A DNA stretch of 48,763 bases, taken from positions 1 through 48,763 of the forward strand of contig JAFUQJ010000051.1 of NCBI GenBank assembly GCA_017480995.1. The letters are read 5' to 3'. Positions 7,803 to 16,877 of the stretch are shown here, piece after piece. Position 1 is the first letter of the stretch, and the number at the start of each line of letters is the position of its first letter. The notes beneath the pieces were generated by a model that worked only from the letters and a program-made list of their open reading frames with translations, did no database searches and had not been told where the DNA came from. The translations under genes and the position numbers were made by a program. Source of the DNA: Alphaproteobacteria bacterium (GTDB lineage: Bacteria > Pseudomonadota > Alphaproteobacteria > RF32 > CAG-239).

Positions 7803-9290
7803 CTAGTTTGGCATCCTCTTTGGCAGGCTCCGCCCGCGCGCGCCATTAGCGACATACGCAAGCGAAAGCGAATGATCCGCAATGCGACAACGGGAACCGC
7901 AGTCCGAGGAACTGGCCCAGCGGCCCCCCGCCAGAAGCACCATACAGGAGCCGTAGAACGAACCTTCGTCGCCGTTCTGGCTGTTCCAGTTCGCACCGCC
8001 GGCGGCGTGAGTTTCGGCCAAATGTTGCCATTGCAGGCCGCACATTTCCTCACAACCTATGTTTGATACCATTCTGCGGCCGGCTGTGTCGCTGTGGCCT
8101 CCGGTTGTGTCCGGGCTCGGCTGTTTGGAGCCGCTGACAACGGTTTTTTGGTTGCTGCCTTTGGACGCCGAATAGAATTCTTCATCATGCAATAACGTTT
8201 TTTTGACCGAGCGCTGGTCATCCACAAAATCAAAGTGCATTCTGGTGTTGGCTCGGGTGCCGCCGTAGACCGATTTTGTGTTGGCGCCGGTGCCGGACTG
8301 ATTATAGATGTCAACCCAGACATCATTAACGTCGTCATAAACCATGCCTTCCGGCTCGGATATCGGCCGGTGGTTTAAGCACCACACCGAGGCGGGCAGA
8401 ATGTCGCCGGCAACGTAACCGGACAGCGGATGACCCGAGATTGTGCCGACATTGCTGCATTCGGTGTGAAATCCGCCGATTTTGCGCGAGTTGTCCGCCG
8501 AATATCCGCCCGGATAGGTAGAGTTGAGCGAAACAACAAATTTTGTGCCATTGTCGCCTTCCGGTACCAAAAAGATGTGATAGTCCTTGCCGGCCGAGAA
8601 TGACGCGCCGGAATCCATCAGCGACTGGCAGTTGATAACTTCATCCGAGGTTTGCTGGCGCCAGCGTGACACGCCGTCGACTTCCAGACGGATGATACTC
8701 CCCGCCTTGATGGTGATGTTGCGCTTGCCGTTGACGACCAAAAACGGGTTGACCTGGAAGAAGGTGTCATAATTGGCCACGCCCGAGGTTTCGTAGGAGG
8801 TTGAGATGAACTCCCAGTAATTCCCTGCGGCGTTCCAGGAAAATTCCACTATGGCGCCGGTTAAGAGGTCGCCGGAGCTTAAATCTGCGGTGCCGGCATA
8901 TTTTTTTGCCGGTTTGGCACCGGTGCCGTAGGCGTTGATGGTTGCTGAGCCGCTGTTTGGGTGAACGACCTTGAAACGGATGCGCTGTCCGTCGGTTAAG
9001 GCGCTGTATTGTACCTGCCCGGTTGACGACAGCACATAAACGTTGGCCGCGGATGACGAGGCCTCTGCGCAAAAGTCGGAAATGGTGGCGGCCTCAAACA
9101 AAGCGGTGCCGAGCTGATTGTTGGCCTCTGCCGGCGTCATGCCCAGTTTGGTGATGGCCGCGACGATTTCACGTTGCGGATTTTCAAGAGCTCCGGCCGG
9201 AATGATTGAACCTTCCTGTCCGTTGGCAGGGTCCGCATTGACGTATATAGCGTCTGGATCTTCGGAATTTAAAGGCGGTGTGTATTTCAT
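7803..9290 (-). CDS. tail fibre / receptor-binding protein, DGR target
   Basis: Tail-fibre position after the baseplate genes. C-terminus CMVLLAGGRW..DCGSRCR..GARG looks like a CLec/FGE-type fold and contains VR1. Confidence 0.85.
   Translation of the reverse strand: MKYTPPLNSEDPDAIYVNADPANGQEGSIIPAGALENPQREIVAAITKLGMTPAEANNQLGTALFEAATISDFCAEASSSAANVYVLSSTGQVQYSALTDGQRIRFKVVHPNSGSATINAYGTGAKPAKKYAGTADLSSGDLLTGAIVEFSWNAAGNYWEFISTSYETSGVANYDTFFQVNPFLVVNGKRNITIKAGSIIRLEVDGVSRWRQQTSDEVINCQSLMDSGASFSAGKDYHIFLVPEGDNGTKFVVSLNSTYPGGYSADNSRKIGGFHTECSNVGTISGHPLSGYVAGDILPASVWCLNHRPISEPEGMVYDDVNDVWVDIYNQSGTGANTKSVYGGTRANTRMHFDFVDDQRSVKKTLLHDEEFYSASKGSNQKTVVSGSKQPSPDTTGGHSDTAGRRMVSNIGCEEMCGLQWQHLAETHAAGGANWNSQNGDEGSFYGSCMVLLAGGRWASSSDCGSRCRIADHSLSLAYVANGARGRSLPKRMPN
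7829..7941 (-). repeat. DGR variable repeat VR1
   Basis: 17 mismatches to TR, all at TR adenines (manual alignment). GC-rich IMH-like 3' end ggcgcgcgcgggcgg. Confidence 0.9.
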
Positions 9291-9293
9291 TTT

Positions 9294-9908
9294 TTACTCC
9301 TTTGGTGTTGCGTAACTTAGTTTGATGATGGTGTGGGCGGGCTTGATGCGGTTAAGCAGGCACTCCAGATCTTCCGCCCAGGTAATGCGGCAAAGGACTT
9401 CACCGCAAACAGCCGTGCCGCAGCGCGCATAGCTCAGGCGCGCGCCGTCCACAATCGTGATCCAGTAATAATTGGCCTCGGTTGCGCCGCCGAGGTTTTC
9501 GCCGCAGCGGGCAATGCCGCAGACAGACGGCGGGGTGGTGACAATGCTGACGTTGTAGCCTAAGAAATTGGCCAGTTTGGCAAAGTTTTCCTTGGTCGGC
9601 GAAATATTGCGGTTGATTTTGGCAATCACCGCGTTGACACGCTCGTAAAATGTCTGACCTTCGGCGTGGTTTCCGTGTTCGCAGGGCTCCGGGAGCTCCA
9701 GCATTGCCTCCCAGTCGACAAGCGTTTCCTCGCAGGTGTCGGGGAACATCTCGCGGGCGGCCTTCTCAACTCTTTGGTGGATATAGAAGAAAAATGCCGC
9801 GGCGGCGTCGCCGAGTTTGGACATATCCGACTTCGGGCTGCGGCTCCATGCCGGGCCGCTCGGCATCAGGTTTTGAAAAAGTTTTTTGTAGTCTGACTGA
9901 TCCATCAC
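9294..9908 (-). CDS. tail protein, Mu gp48-like (DUF2313-like)
   Basis: LFQNLMPSGPAW N-terminal motif. Sits between baseplate J and the fibre. Confidence 0.65.
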   Translation of the reverse strand: MMDQSDYKKLFQNLMPSGPAWSRSPKSDMSKLGDAAAAFFFYIHQRVEKAAREMFPDTCEETLVDWEAMLELPEPCEHGNHAEGQTFYERVNAVIAKINRNISPTKENFAKLANFLGYNVSIVTTPPSVCGIARCGENLGGATEANYYWITIVDGARLSYARCGTAVCGEVLCRITWAEDLECLLNRIKPAHTIIKLSYATPKE

Positions 9909-10987
9909 AAATCCTCAACTTCCGGGTAGGTTATGGTGCCAAGCACCGTGATGTGGCCTTTGGGCATGACAATGTCTGCCGTCGGCGAGGACAGGACAAA
10001 ATCCTCGTTGCCGGTGGCATTGCTGATGGCGGCGCGGATTTTTGACAACTTGATTTCGCCGCCCGGAATAACCGAGCTTGACTGCACCAGGCTCTTTAAA
10101 TTGCTTTCAACGGCGGCTTTGGCCTCGGTGGTCATCGGGTCGAGACTTTCAAAGATGATGTTGAGCGGATCGGCAATCGGCGCCTCGATATAGACGGTTG
10201 CGGTGGCCGGCTGCAGGGCGTCGATGTGGTTTTTGACACGCTGGACGTCGCCGGCAAGCGGAATGCCGTCGTCATAGTTGTCATCCATCATGAAGCGAAC
10301 GGTGACGGTGCCGGGACCGGATTCTATCGGATAGCACCAGGCGCGCGTAACACCGGAAACTTCACGCGCCCAGGTTTCATAATCGGTTTTTGAACCACCG
10401 GTCGGCGGGTTCTGCACATAAAAAAGCAGGCGTTCACGATAATCTTCAATGTCTTCGATATCGGCGCCGCCGGTTATGCCCAGATTGCCGACGCTGCCCT
10501 GCGTGGTGACGCCGGCAACGGGCGAAACAAGCGACAAAATCGTTCCGGCGGTGGCATTGCCGTCTTTGCCGGCATTGTCGGCGATGAGTTCCAGGGTTAC
10601 GGTGCCGTCAGCGCCGGCGGTGCACTCGGCCTTGGTTGAGTAGGTCACGTTGTCGGCGCGCTTGATTTTGGTTCCGGCGGGGATAACGGATCCGGCCGTT
10701 GCCGGAAAGGACGCCGGTCCCTCGGCTTTGGACGGCATCTTGCGCGGGAAACGCTTGGTTTGCCCGTGCTTGATGAGGTATTCCTCATCGGCGGTCTGGA
10801 TAAACAGTTGTTTTAACAGGTAATCGACCCGGCGCAGGACTTCGTCGCCCATGGCGGCAAAGATGGTGGCAAAAATGTTCAAAATACGGCGCCGCAGGTT
10901 AGCATCAGCCCCCTGCAGATAGGTGTTGATGTTTGAGATTGCCCGGTTGCGCAGTTCTTTTAGGCTTGGTTTGGCAAAATTTGACAT
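9905..10987 (-). CDS. baseplate J-like protein (Mu gp47-like)
   Basis: 360 aa. Synteny and general baseplate_J-like sequence. Confidence 0.7.
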   Translation of the reverse strand: MSNFAKPSLKELRNRAISNINTYLQGADANLRRRILNIFATIFAAMGDEVLRRVDYLLKQLFIQTADEEYLIKHGQTKRFPRKMPSKAEGPASFPATAGSVIPAGTKIKRADNVTYSTKAECTAGADGTVTLELIADNAGKDGNATAGTILSLVSPVAGVTTQGSVGNLGITGGADIEDIEDYRERLLFYVQNPPTGGSKTDYETWAREVSGVTRAWCYPIESGPGTVTVRFMMDDNYDDGIPLAGDVQRVKNHIDALQPATATVYIEAPIADPLNIIFESLDPMTTEAKAAVESNLKSLVQSSSVIPGGEIKLSKIRAAISNATGNEDFVLSSPTADIVMPKGHITVLGTITYPEVEDL

Positions 10988-10996
10988 TTCGGCTCC

Positions 10997-11446
10997 TTAT
11001 AAAAAAGACCATAAGTCGTTGAACTTCATGGTGCGGCTGCGGTCGCCGCGAACAATCTGAACAAGGGCGTCGGCGCGGTTGACATCGGACGCATTGCGCT
11101 CAACCTCGACTTTGATTTCAGTCGCGACGCCGTCTTCAATCATCCATTGCAGCGCCTGTTCAATATATTCGCGGGAATCCATAATGGTCTGGTTGGTTAT
11201 TTTTTTGCGTTTCAAAAGGTAAAGTTTTGAGCCGGTGCTGTCGGTGTTGTCGGCGTCTATTTTGTCGCCAAACCAGCCGAAACGCGGAGCGTTTTCGTCG
11301 ACCTCACCGGCCGAGGCTCTGGCCCAGGTGAACAAACTGATGATAACGGCGGAATCCAGGTCGTCGCATTCTTTGAGGTCGCCGTTTAAGATGCTGATGT
11401 CATATTCTTTAATCTGGCTTTTGTACTCAATGGCAATGTCTGACAT
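10997..11446 (-). CDS. baseplate protein, Mu gp46-like
   Basis: 149 aa. SLFTWARA..WFGD motif region typical of the GP46 family. Synteny. Confidence 0.65.
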   Translation of the reverse strand: MSDIAIEYKSQIKEYDISILNGDLKECDDLDSAVIISLFTWARASAGEVDENAPRFGWFGDKIDADNTDSTGSKLYLLKRKKITNQTIMDSREYIEQALQWMIEDGVATEIKVEVERNASDVNRADALVQIVRGDRSRTMKFNDLWSFL

Positions 11447-11536
11447 TTTTATCCGCTTTCATACTTTTTAATACTATTAAAGTTTTTTTATACTTTTAAT
11501 TTACCGTTTTGAAACTCAAAAAGTCAAAAAATAAAA

Positions 11537-12148
11537 TTACATTGACGCTGACGGTGTGCCGGTTGTGCCGCCGCTGTCGCCTGGGTGTGTATGGCTATTG
11601 TAAATATCGCGCATGGACTGCATCGTGCCGGTTTTGTCATTAACCTCGCCGCCGGCCGAGATATTGTCGGAGGCATTAAGCGCCGGCGTTGTAAATGTCG
11701 CGCTTTGCGTAGCGTTAACATTAAATGTTTTGGTGTTGTAACTGATGCTTTCGGCCGCGTTGACCTCCAAATGCAGTGTGGAAACCTGGATTTTGCGGTT
11801 GCGGGCGAGCTTGATGACGTCGCCCTCGTCGGTATATAGCGCCACTTCGCCGGGCTGCAGCTCTTTGAGGCGGAATTTGCGGTCACCGGTGGCAACGATG
11901 ACGCCGTTGTTGCGAGAGCCGCCGCAGAACACCACCAGCGCCTCGGTTCCGGCCGGTGGGTTGGTGCTCAAGCCGTATTCCTGATAATGTTCAATGCCGT
12001 CTTTGAGCTCTCCGGCCAAAAGTGAGGCCTGGATCTGCTGGATTTTGGTTTTGTCGTTAACAAGCTTGATGACGCCGCGGACAATCATTGTCTGGACGCG
12101 GGTTGTCAGCGGTTTCATGAAACGTTTGAGCTGGTCGGCAATGTCCAT
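11537..12148 (-). CDS. baseplate assembly protein V / spike (Mu gp45-like)
   Basis: RGVIKLVNDK...QEYGLSTNPP..PGEVALY pattern. Synteny. Confidence 0.7.
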   Translation of the reverse strand: MDIADQLKRFMKPLTTRVQTMIVRGVIKLVNDKTKIQQIQASLLAGELKDGIEHYQEYGLSTNPPAGTEALVVFCGGSRNNGVIVATGDRKFRLKELQPGEVALYTDEGDVIKLARNRKIQVSTLHLEVNAAESISYNTKTFNVNATQSATFTTPALNASDNISAGGEVNDKTGTMQSMRDIYNSHTHPGDSGGTTGTPSASM

Positions 12149-13222
12149 TTATACCCCCTCGCGCAGTTCCTTCCAGCCCTGATATGTTTTAATCGGCTGG
12201 TCGGCGGATGATAGAATAAAAGCGTCCGGCGGCGACAGCTGAAGGCTGGTCGTCGTGCCGGATCCGGTTGATAATTTAACGGCCGAGATGATGAGCTTGC
12301 CGACAACGCGGATGAAGTCATCCTCGACCGAGACATAAGAGTTCGGCGCCCAAAGCTGACCGTTGGCGTTGCGCCAACCTTGCACGGTGAACTCAAAAGG
12401 CTGCCCTTTGGCGCGGCGGTTGGAGCGCTCCCACTCGGCGCGGGTCTGCGCGGTGGCGGCATCCATGGCGTTTTCGCCGGTTAAAACCAGCGGGCGGTAG
12501 CGGGTGACATCACTGTCGACCGCGTGGCCTTCAATGCCGGTGATGTCTTCGCCGCCGGAATCGTCAGAACCGGCCATTTGCGATTTGACGTAATAATCGC
12601 GGAAAATGTTGCGGCTGCTGTATTTGCCGCGGCCGCTCAAGATGTTGTTGCCGGAGCCGTCGCTGACACGGTGGACCAGCCTGCCGCTGGAAAAGCCGGA
12701 ACCTATGGACTGCACCACCAGATTACCGTTGGCGTCGTCGGTATAAACAAGGCCGGTTTGTTTGCAGACTTTCTCGATGATCGACTGGGCGGTTTCGCCA
12801 GGCTCAACCTGGAAATCCGAGACAAGCGGCAAGCTCTGGTCGGCGCTGAACACCAGTTTGATGCCGAACGGGGCAATGACTTTCTCGATGATCTCTTTCG
12901 GGGTGCCGCCGATAATCTGCCCGGTGTCAATAATGGCCGAGCAGTCGACCAGGTCACAGGTTTTGGAGCGTCCGGCAAAGGTCACTTCGTGAGACGTTGC
13001 CGAGTAAGACGGCGTTATCTCGTCAAGCCACCCGGTAACCGCCGGGACGCCGTCAATTAAAATCTGGCATTCGGCATTCAGCGGAATATTTTGCTTGCTG
13101 CCGATGAAGCGGTCCGAGACGACCAAATCAAAGGACGAGGCCATGCAGTTGAGCGCACGGGACACATTGGCCGATTTCCAGCCGTTGTAGATCTGCCCGC
13201 CGATTTTCAATTCAATGCTCAT
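12149..13222 (-). CDS. baseplate hub / late control D-like protein (Mu gp44-like)
   Basis: 357 aa. Synteny between gp43-like and gp45-like genes. Confidence 0.65.
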   Translation of the reverse strand: MSIELKIGGQIYNGWKSANVSRALNCMASSFDLVVSDRFIGSKQNIPLNAECQILIDGVPAVTGWLDEITPSYSATSHEVTFAGRSKTCDLVDCSAIIDTGQIIGGTPKEIIEKVIAPFGIKLVFSADQSLPLVSDFQVEPGETAQSIIEKVCKQTGLVYTDDANGNLVVQSIGSGFSSGRLVHRVSDGSGNNILSGRGKYSSRNIFRDYYVKSQMAGSDDSGGEDITGIEGHAVDSDVTRYRPLVLTGENAMDAATAQTRAEWERSNRRAKGQPFEFTVQGWRNANGQLWAPNSYVSVEDDFIRVVGKLIISAVKLSTGSGTTTSLQLSPPDAFILSSADQPIKTYQGWKELREGV

Positions 13223-14439
13223 TCGCTCAGCACTTTCAGGTCTTTGCCCGCGGGGACAAAAGCCGGATAGGGTATTTTGTTCTTTTTGACGATTTCGTCG
13301 GCGCGGTCGAGATCCTCATATAAATCATAGGCCAAAACGCGGGACGGCATGTGCTCGGGGACGCGGATGGTGCGCATTCTGGGGAGTTCGAGAATAATCT
13401 CGCGCACATATTCGACGACATTTTCGCGCGTGGTGCGCAAAGCCTGCATAATTTCGTCGGACGGCTCGATATCCTCAAAAAGCTCGACTTCCTCAGTGTC
13501 GGCAACAAAATTTTCCAGCACCGACGAGGCGTCATCGGCGTTGTCAAACTCAATTTGAGTGATGATCTCGGCCTCTTTGGCAACGACGACCTGCTTGGTG
13601 AGTTGCTCAATCTTTTGCATGCAGAGCTTTTCGGCCTTGGCGTCGTCGTTGGAAACGCTGGCCGTTGCCGAGGCGTTGCTCTGGGATGTCAGATTGCGCA
13701 CGGTGTTAAAAGAATCGGGCGAGGTTCCGGCCATGGACGCAACCACCGAGAAAACGGTGTCAAGCTGAGCGGCCAGAGCGTCCGGCGTGTTTAACAGGCT
13801 CTCGGCCGAGCTTTTGAGATCGTTTGCCATGGCGACGGCGTCAACAACCTGGTTCATGGCGCCGGTTAAATCGCTGCGCAGCCCTTCGGCATATTCCAGC
13901 CCTGAGCCGATGGCGTTGAGCGACGACGTGCAGACATCCGCAATGGTGCCGACAAGCGAGGTCAGTCCGGCAACGCCCTGCGACAGGCTGAAACCGGAGA
14001 CAAAACCGTTGCGGGCGGCGTCCGTCAGCGCCGAGGCCGACGACAAAACGGAATCCGACATGTCAATCGATGTTTCCGGTATGGCCTGGGCGCCGGCCTC
14101 GACAAACGTCAGTTCAAAAACGGCCATGCCCTGTTTGTCCACTTCTTCGCGGACGGATATGGCATCGCAGAGCACGCTGACCGAGCCGTAGTCGGGGTGG
14201 ACCAGCGTCCCTGGTCCTTTTTGCAGGCAGGCTTTGCGCAAAGCGTCGCGCTTTGCGGCATAGTCATCGCCGATAACAAAGGCGGTTACCGGGTAGTTTT
14301 CGGCTTTTTTACCCAAATCCTCGGCGTATGGCGTGTCTTTGTCCGGGTATTCGTGAAGTTGATTGCGGCGGCCGGATGACCAGCTGCGCCCCGTAACCTC
14401 AAACTCCACGCCGCGAAATGATGCTTTTCTGAATTCCAT
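13219..14439 (-). CDS. DNA circulation protein-like (Mu gp43-like)
   Basis: N-terminus ASFRGVEFEV...HEYPDKDTPYAEDLG is typical of that family. Confidence 0.7.
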   Translation of the reverse strand: MEFRKASFRGVEFEVTGRSWSSGRRNQLHEYPDKDTPYAEDLGKKAENYPVTAFVIGDDYAAKRDALRKACLQKGPGTLVHPDYGSVSVLCDAISVREEVDKQGMAVFELTFVEAGAQAIPETSIDMSDSVLSSASALTDAARNGFVSGFSLSQGVAGLTSLVGTIADVCTSSLNAIGSGLEYAEGLRSDLTGAMNQVVDAVAMANDLKSSAESLLNTPDALAAQLDTVFSVVASMAGTSPDSFNTVRNLTSQSNASATASVSNDDAKAEKLCMQKIEQLTKQVVVAKEAEIITQIEFDNADDASSVLENFVADTEEVELFEDIEPSDEIMQALRTTRENVVEYVREIILELPRMRTIRVPEHMPSRVLAYDLYEDLDRADEIVKKNKIPYPAFVPAGKDLKVLSE

Positions 14440-16031
14440 TAAGCGCCTCCGTATGCGTAGCCGTATTCGACGCCGAGGTCGGCCTGACCTTCCTGGCTTA
14501 TTTTTTCAACCGATGCCTCGCGCGGCATATTGTCAAATTTGACGACAACCTCCGACTTTGAGCGCGACTGCGGCGCAGGATACGGCGTATAAGTCTGCGG
14601 CAGGGTTTGCGGAATGGGCGAGGATTGCGGCATACTCTGCGGCGCCGGTTCGCTTTTGGGTTCGTCACCGCCAAAGCCCAGTTTGTCGGCAATCCAGCCG
14701 CCGGCACTTTTTATGGCGTCTATTCCCTTCATAAGGGTGTCGATCGGGTTCATAATTGCTTTAATGCCGCCGGCAATGAAATCGACCACGGCCTGGAACG
14801 ATGATTTGATGATATCCCAGAGGCCGATCCAAAAATTGCGGAAACCCTCGCATTTTTTCCACAGCAACGTAAAAGCGGCAACAACGGCGGCTATACCCAG
14901 AGCAATCCAGCCGACCGGTGTGGTCAGAATGGCAAGGCCAAGTTTTAAGAACCCGGCGGTTAAAATTTTCAAAAGAGAGCCGAGCCCCGGGATCATCATG
15001 GCAAGTTTGCCAATTCCGAGCGCCACGTTGGCAAGCGCGGTAATCGTCTGGACGTTTAAAAGCGCGATAAATCCGATTAAAGCCCATTTGCTGGAAGTGA
15101 TGACGTCGATAAACCCGCCGAAAACGCTGATTATATTTGATATGGTGTTGCCGACGGCCTTAAAATCTATCTGTTTAAGCCAGTTGGCAAAATTTTTGAC
15201 AAAGGTGTCGACCTTGGTGGCAATCAAATCGCGGTTGGCCATAATCCAGCGGTTGAAGCTCTGGATTATGGGGATGATAACCGGCAGGAGTTTGGAGCTG
15301 ATAGCGCCGGAAAGCCCGCGGATGACCTCGCTGTTTTCCTCCAAGGCGTCCATAAACTTGGCTGAGTTATTGACGGCATCCTCGCCAAGCACAACGCCCA
15401 TTTCCTGCGCTTGTTTGCGCAGCTCCGCCAGACCGTCGGCACCGTGGTTGGCCAGTTGCACCATTTTGAGACCGGATTTGCCGAACGCCAGATTGGCCAG
15501 ATAGGCTTTTTTGGTTTGGTCATCCACTTTCTGAATGGCCTTGATGATAAGTTCGAAGGCTTCTTCGTTGGTTTTGGTGGCTTTGAGCTGCTCGGCCAGA
15601 ACCGGGGAGACCTTTTGCAGCCCCGAAAGGAGCGAGCCGGTCCCGGCGCGGAGCATGCCCATGTTTCGCGTCATTTTTTCAAGGTTTGACGCAAATTCTT
15701 CGGTGGTCATATCGGAAAAGCGGGCGGCGTGCGCATATTCCTGGAAGGCTTTCGTCCCCCAGCCGACGCGCTCGACCATGTTGGCTATCTGATCGCCGTA
15801 GTTGGCAGTGTTTTTAACCATTGCCGTCATGCCGGCAACGGTTGCGGCGCCGCCAAGAGCAATAAACGGCGAGGTCAGACGGCCAAGGTTGCCGATGACC
15901 GTTCCCGCGTTTTTGCCGATAAAAGAAAGCTGACGCGACAAAGACGCGCCGGCTTTCCCGATGTTTTTGAGGGCTTTGGTGGCTTGGTCGTTGATTTTGA
16001 AATTCGCCCAGATGTTAAAATTCTTCGCCAT
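14439..16031 (-). CDS. tail tape measure protein
   Basis: 530 aa. Helical N-terminal half, multiple TM-like segments. Lies after the chaperone genes. Confidence 0.8.
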   Translation of the reverse strand: MAKNFNIWANFKINDQATKALKNIGKAGASLSRQLSFIGKNAGTVIGNLGRLTSPFIALGGAATVAGMTAMVKNTANYGDQIANMVERVGWGTKAFQEYAHAARFSDMTTEEFASNLEKMTRNMGMLRAGTGSLLSGLQKVSPVLAEQLKATKTNEEAFELIIKAIQKVDDQTKKAYLANLAFGKSGLKMVQLANHGADGLAELRKQAQEMGVVLGEDAVNNSAKFMDALEENSEVIRGLSGAISSKLLPVIIPIIQSFNRWIMANRDLIATKVDTFVKNFANWLKQIDFKAVGNTISNIISVFGGFIDVITSSKWALIGFIALLNVQTITALANVALGIGKLAMMIPGLGSLLKILTAGFLKLGLAILTTPVGWIALGIAAVVAAFTLLWKKCEGFRNFWIGLWDIIKSSFQAVVDFIAGGIKAIMNPIDTLMKGIDAIKSAGGWIADKLGFGGDEPKSEPAPQSMPQSSPIPQTLPQTYTPYPAPQSRSKSEVVVKFDNMPREASVEKISQEGQADLGVEYGYAYGGA

Positions 16032-16493
16032 TTTGTTGTCCTTTGGGATTGAACCTCTTGTTTGTTTCGCACATTAAGCCATACAGCCACTCTATTCTGT
16101 CAATGCGCATGCCGAAGAGCTCGGTCGGCGAGATGTGATAGGCGTAGATTAAATCGCCTATCATCTCGCTGTAGCTTATTTCTCCGGCTCTGATTGGCCG
16201 AAAAAACCGATAATAACCCCGATTGCGGCCTGGTAATCGGCAAGCGACAGGCGCTTGATCGTTGACGGCGGCACATTAGCCAGCCGGGCGGCGAGTTTTG
16301 TGGCAACCGTTACGTTAACGTCGTATTTTTGTTCGCCTACGGCAACGTCGGGATCGGTTGCACTGCCCATGATAATCCGCACCGGATAACCGCAGGCAAC
16401 AATGTCTTCGCCGATAGGTTCGCGAAACTCAAGAGATTTGATTTCGGCGCCCTCGGACATAACCGGCGTTGATAATTCGATTTTTACAGACAT
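16015..16493 (-). CDS. tail assembly chaperone, predicted -1 frameshift long form
   Basis: Slip at GGTTTTTTC (16201-16208) opens a protein-like -1 frame (EISYSEMIGDLIYAYHISPTELFGMRIDRIEWLYGL...) ending at 16015. Confidence 0.6.
16176..16493 (-). CDS. tail assembly chaperone (short form)
   Basis: 105-aa ORF between tube and tape measure. Ends just after a T6 slippery run. Confidence 0.7.
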   Translation of the reverse strand: MSVKIELSTPVMSEGAEIKSLEFREPIGEDIVACGYPVRIIMGSATDPDVAVGEQKYDVNVTVATKLAARLANVPPSTIKRLSLADYQAAIGVIIGFFGQSEPEK

Positions 16494-16505
16494 CGCATCC
16501 TCCGG

Positions 16506-16865
16506 TTACATTTCGTTGATGACTTTGCCCTCAAGGCGGATTGAGATCTCGCCCGTGGCCAAATCGTGAGACGGCTCGCCGGCCAAATACATCTCGGAGC
16601 CGTAATAGCTTTTGCCGTTGACCAGCTCCAGCGTTACGGTCGCGTTGTCTTTGTCTTCAAGTTTTTTAATCAGCTCCTTGGAACCGTCGTCGATGATACT
16701 GCCTTCCATGAACGGAATGCGCGGCGCTTTGGTATAGCCTGCCGGACCGCTCAAGCCGGCAACGCCGGTTTTGACGTTTTTGGTCGGCGAGACGCTCCAG
16801 GATCCTGCCAGCGTCAGGCTTTCGCCGTCAATTTTAATATAAGCTGTTCCGCCTACTGCTTTCAT
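16506..16865 (-). CDS. tail tube protein
   Basis: 119 aa directly after the sheath gene. Mu/P2-type order. Confidence 0.7.
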   Translation of the reverse strand: MKAVGGTAYIKIDGESLTLAGSWSVSPTKNVKTGVAGLSGPAGYTKAPRIPFMEGSIIDDGSKELIKKLEDKDNATVTLELVNGKSYYGSEMYLAGEPSHDLATGEISIRLEGKVINEM

Positions 16866-16877
16866 TTGTGGCCTCCT

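Noticed and set aside
14614-15504. 296-aa + strand ORF inside the tape-measure region
   Set aside because: Antisense to the tape measure gene and not protein-like. It is an artefact.
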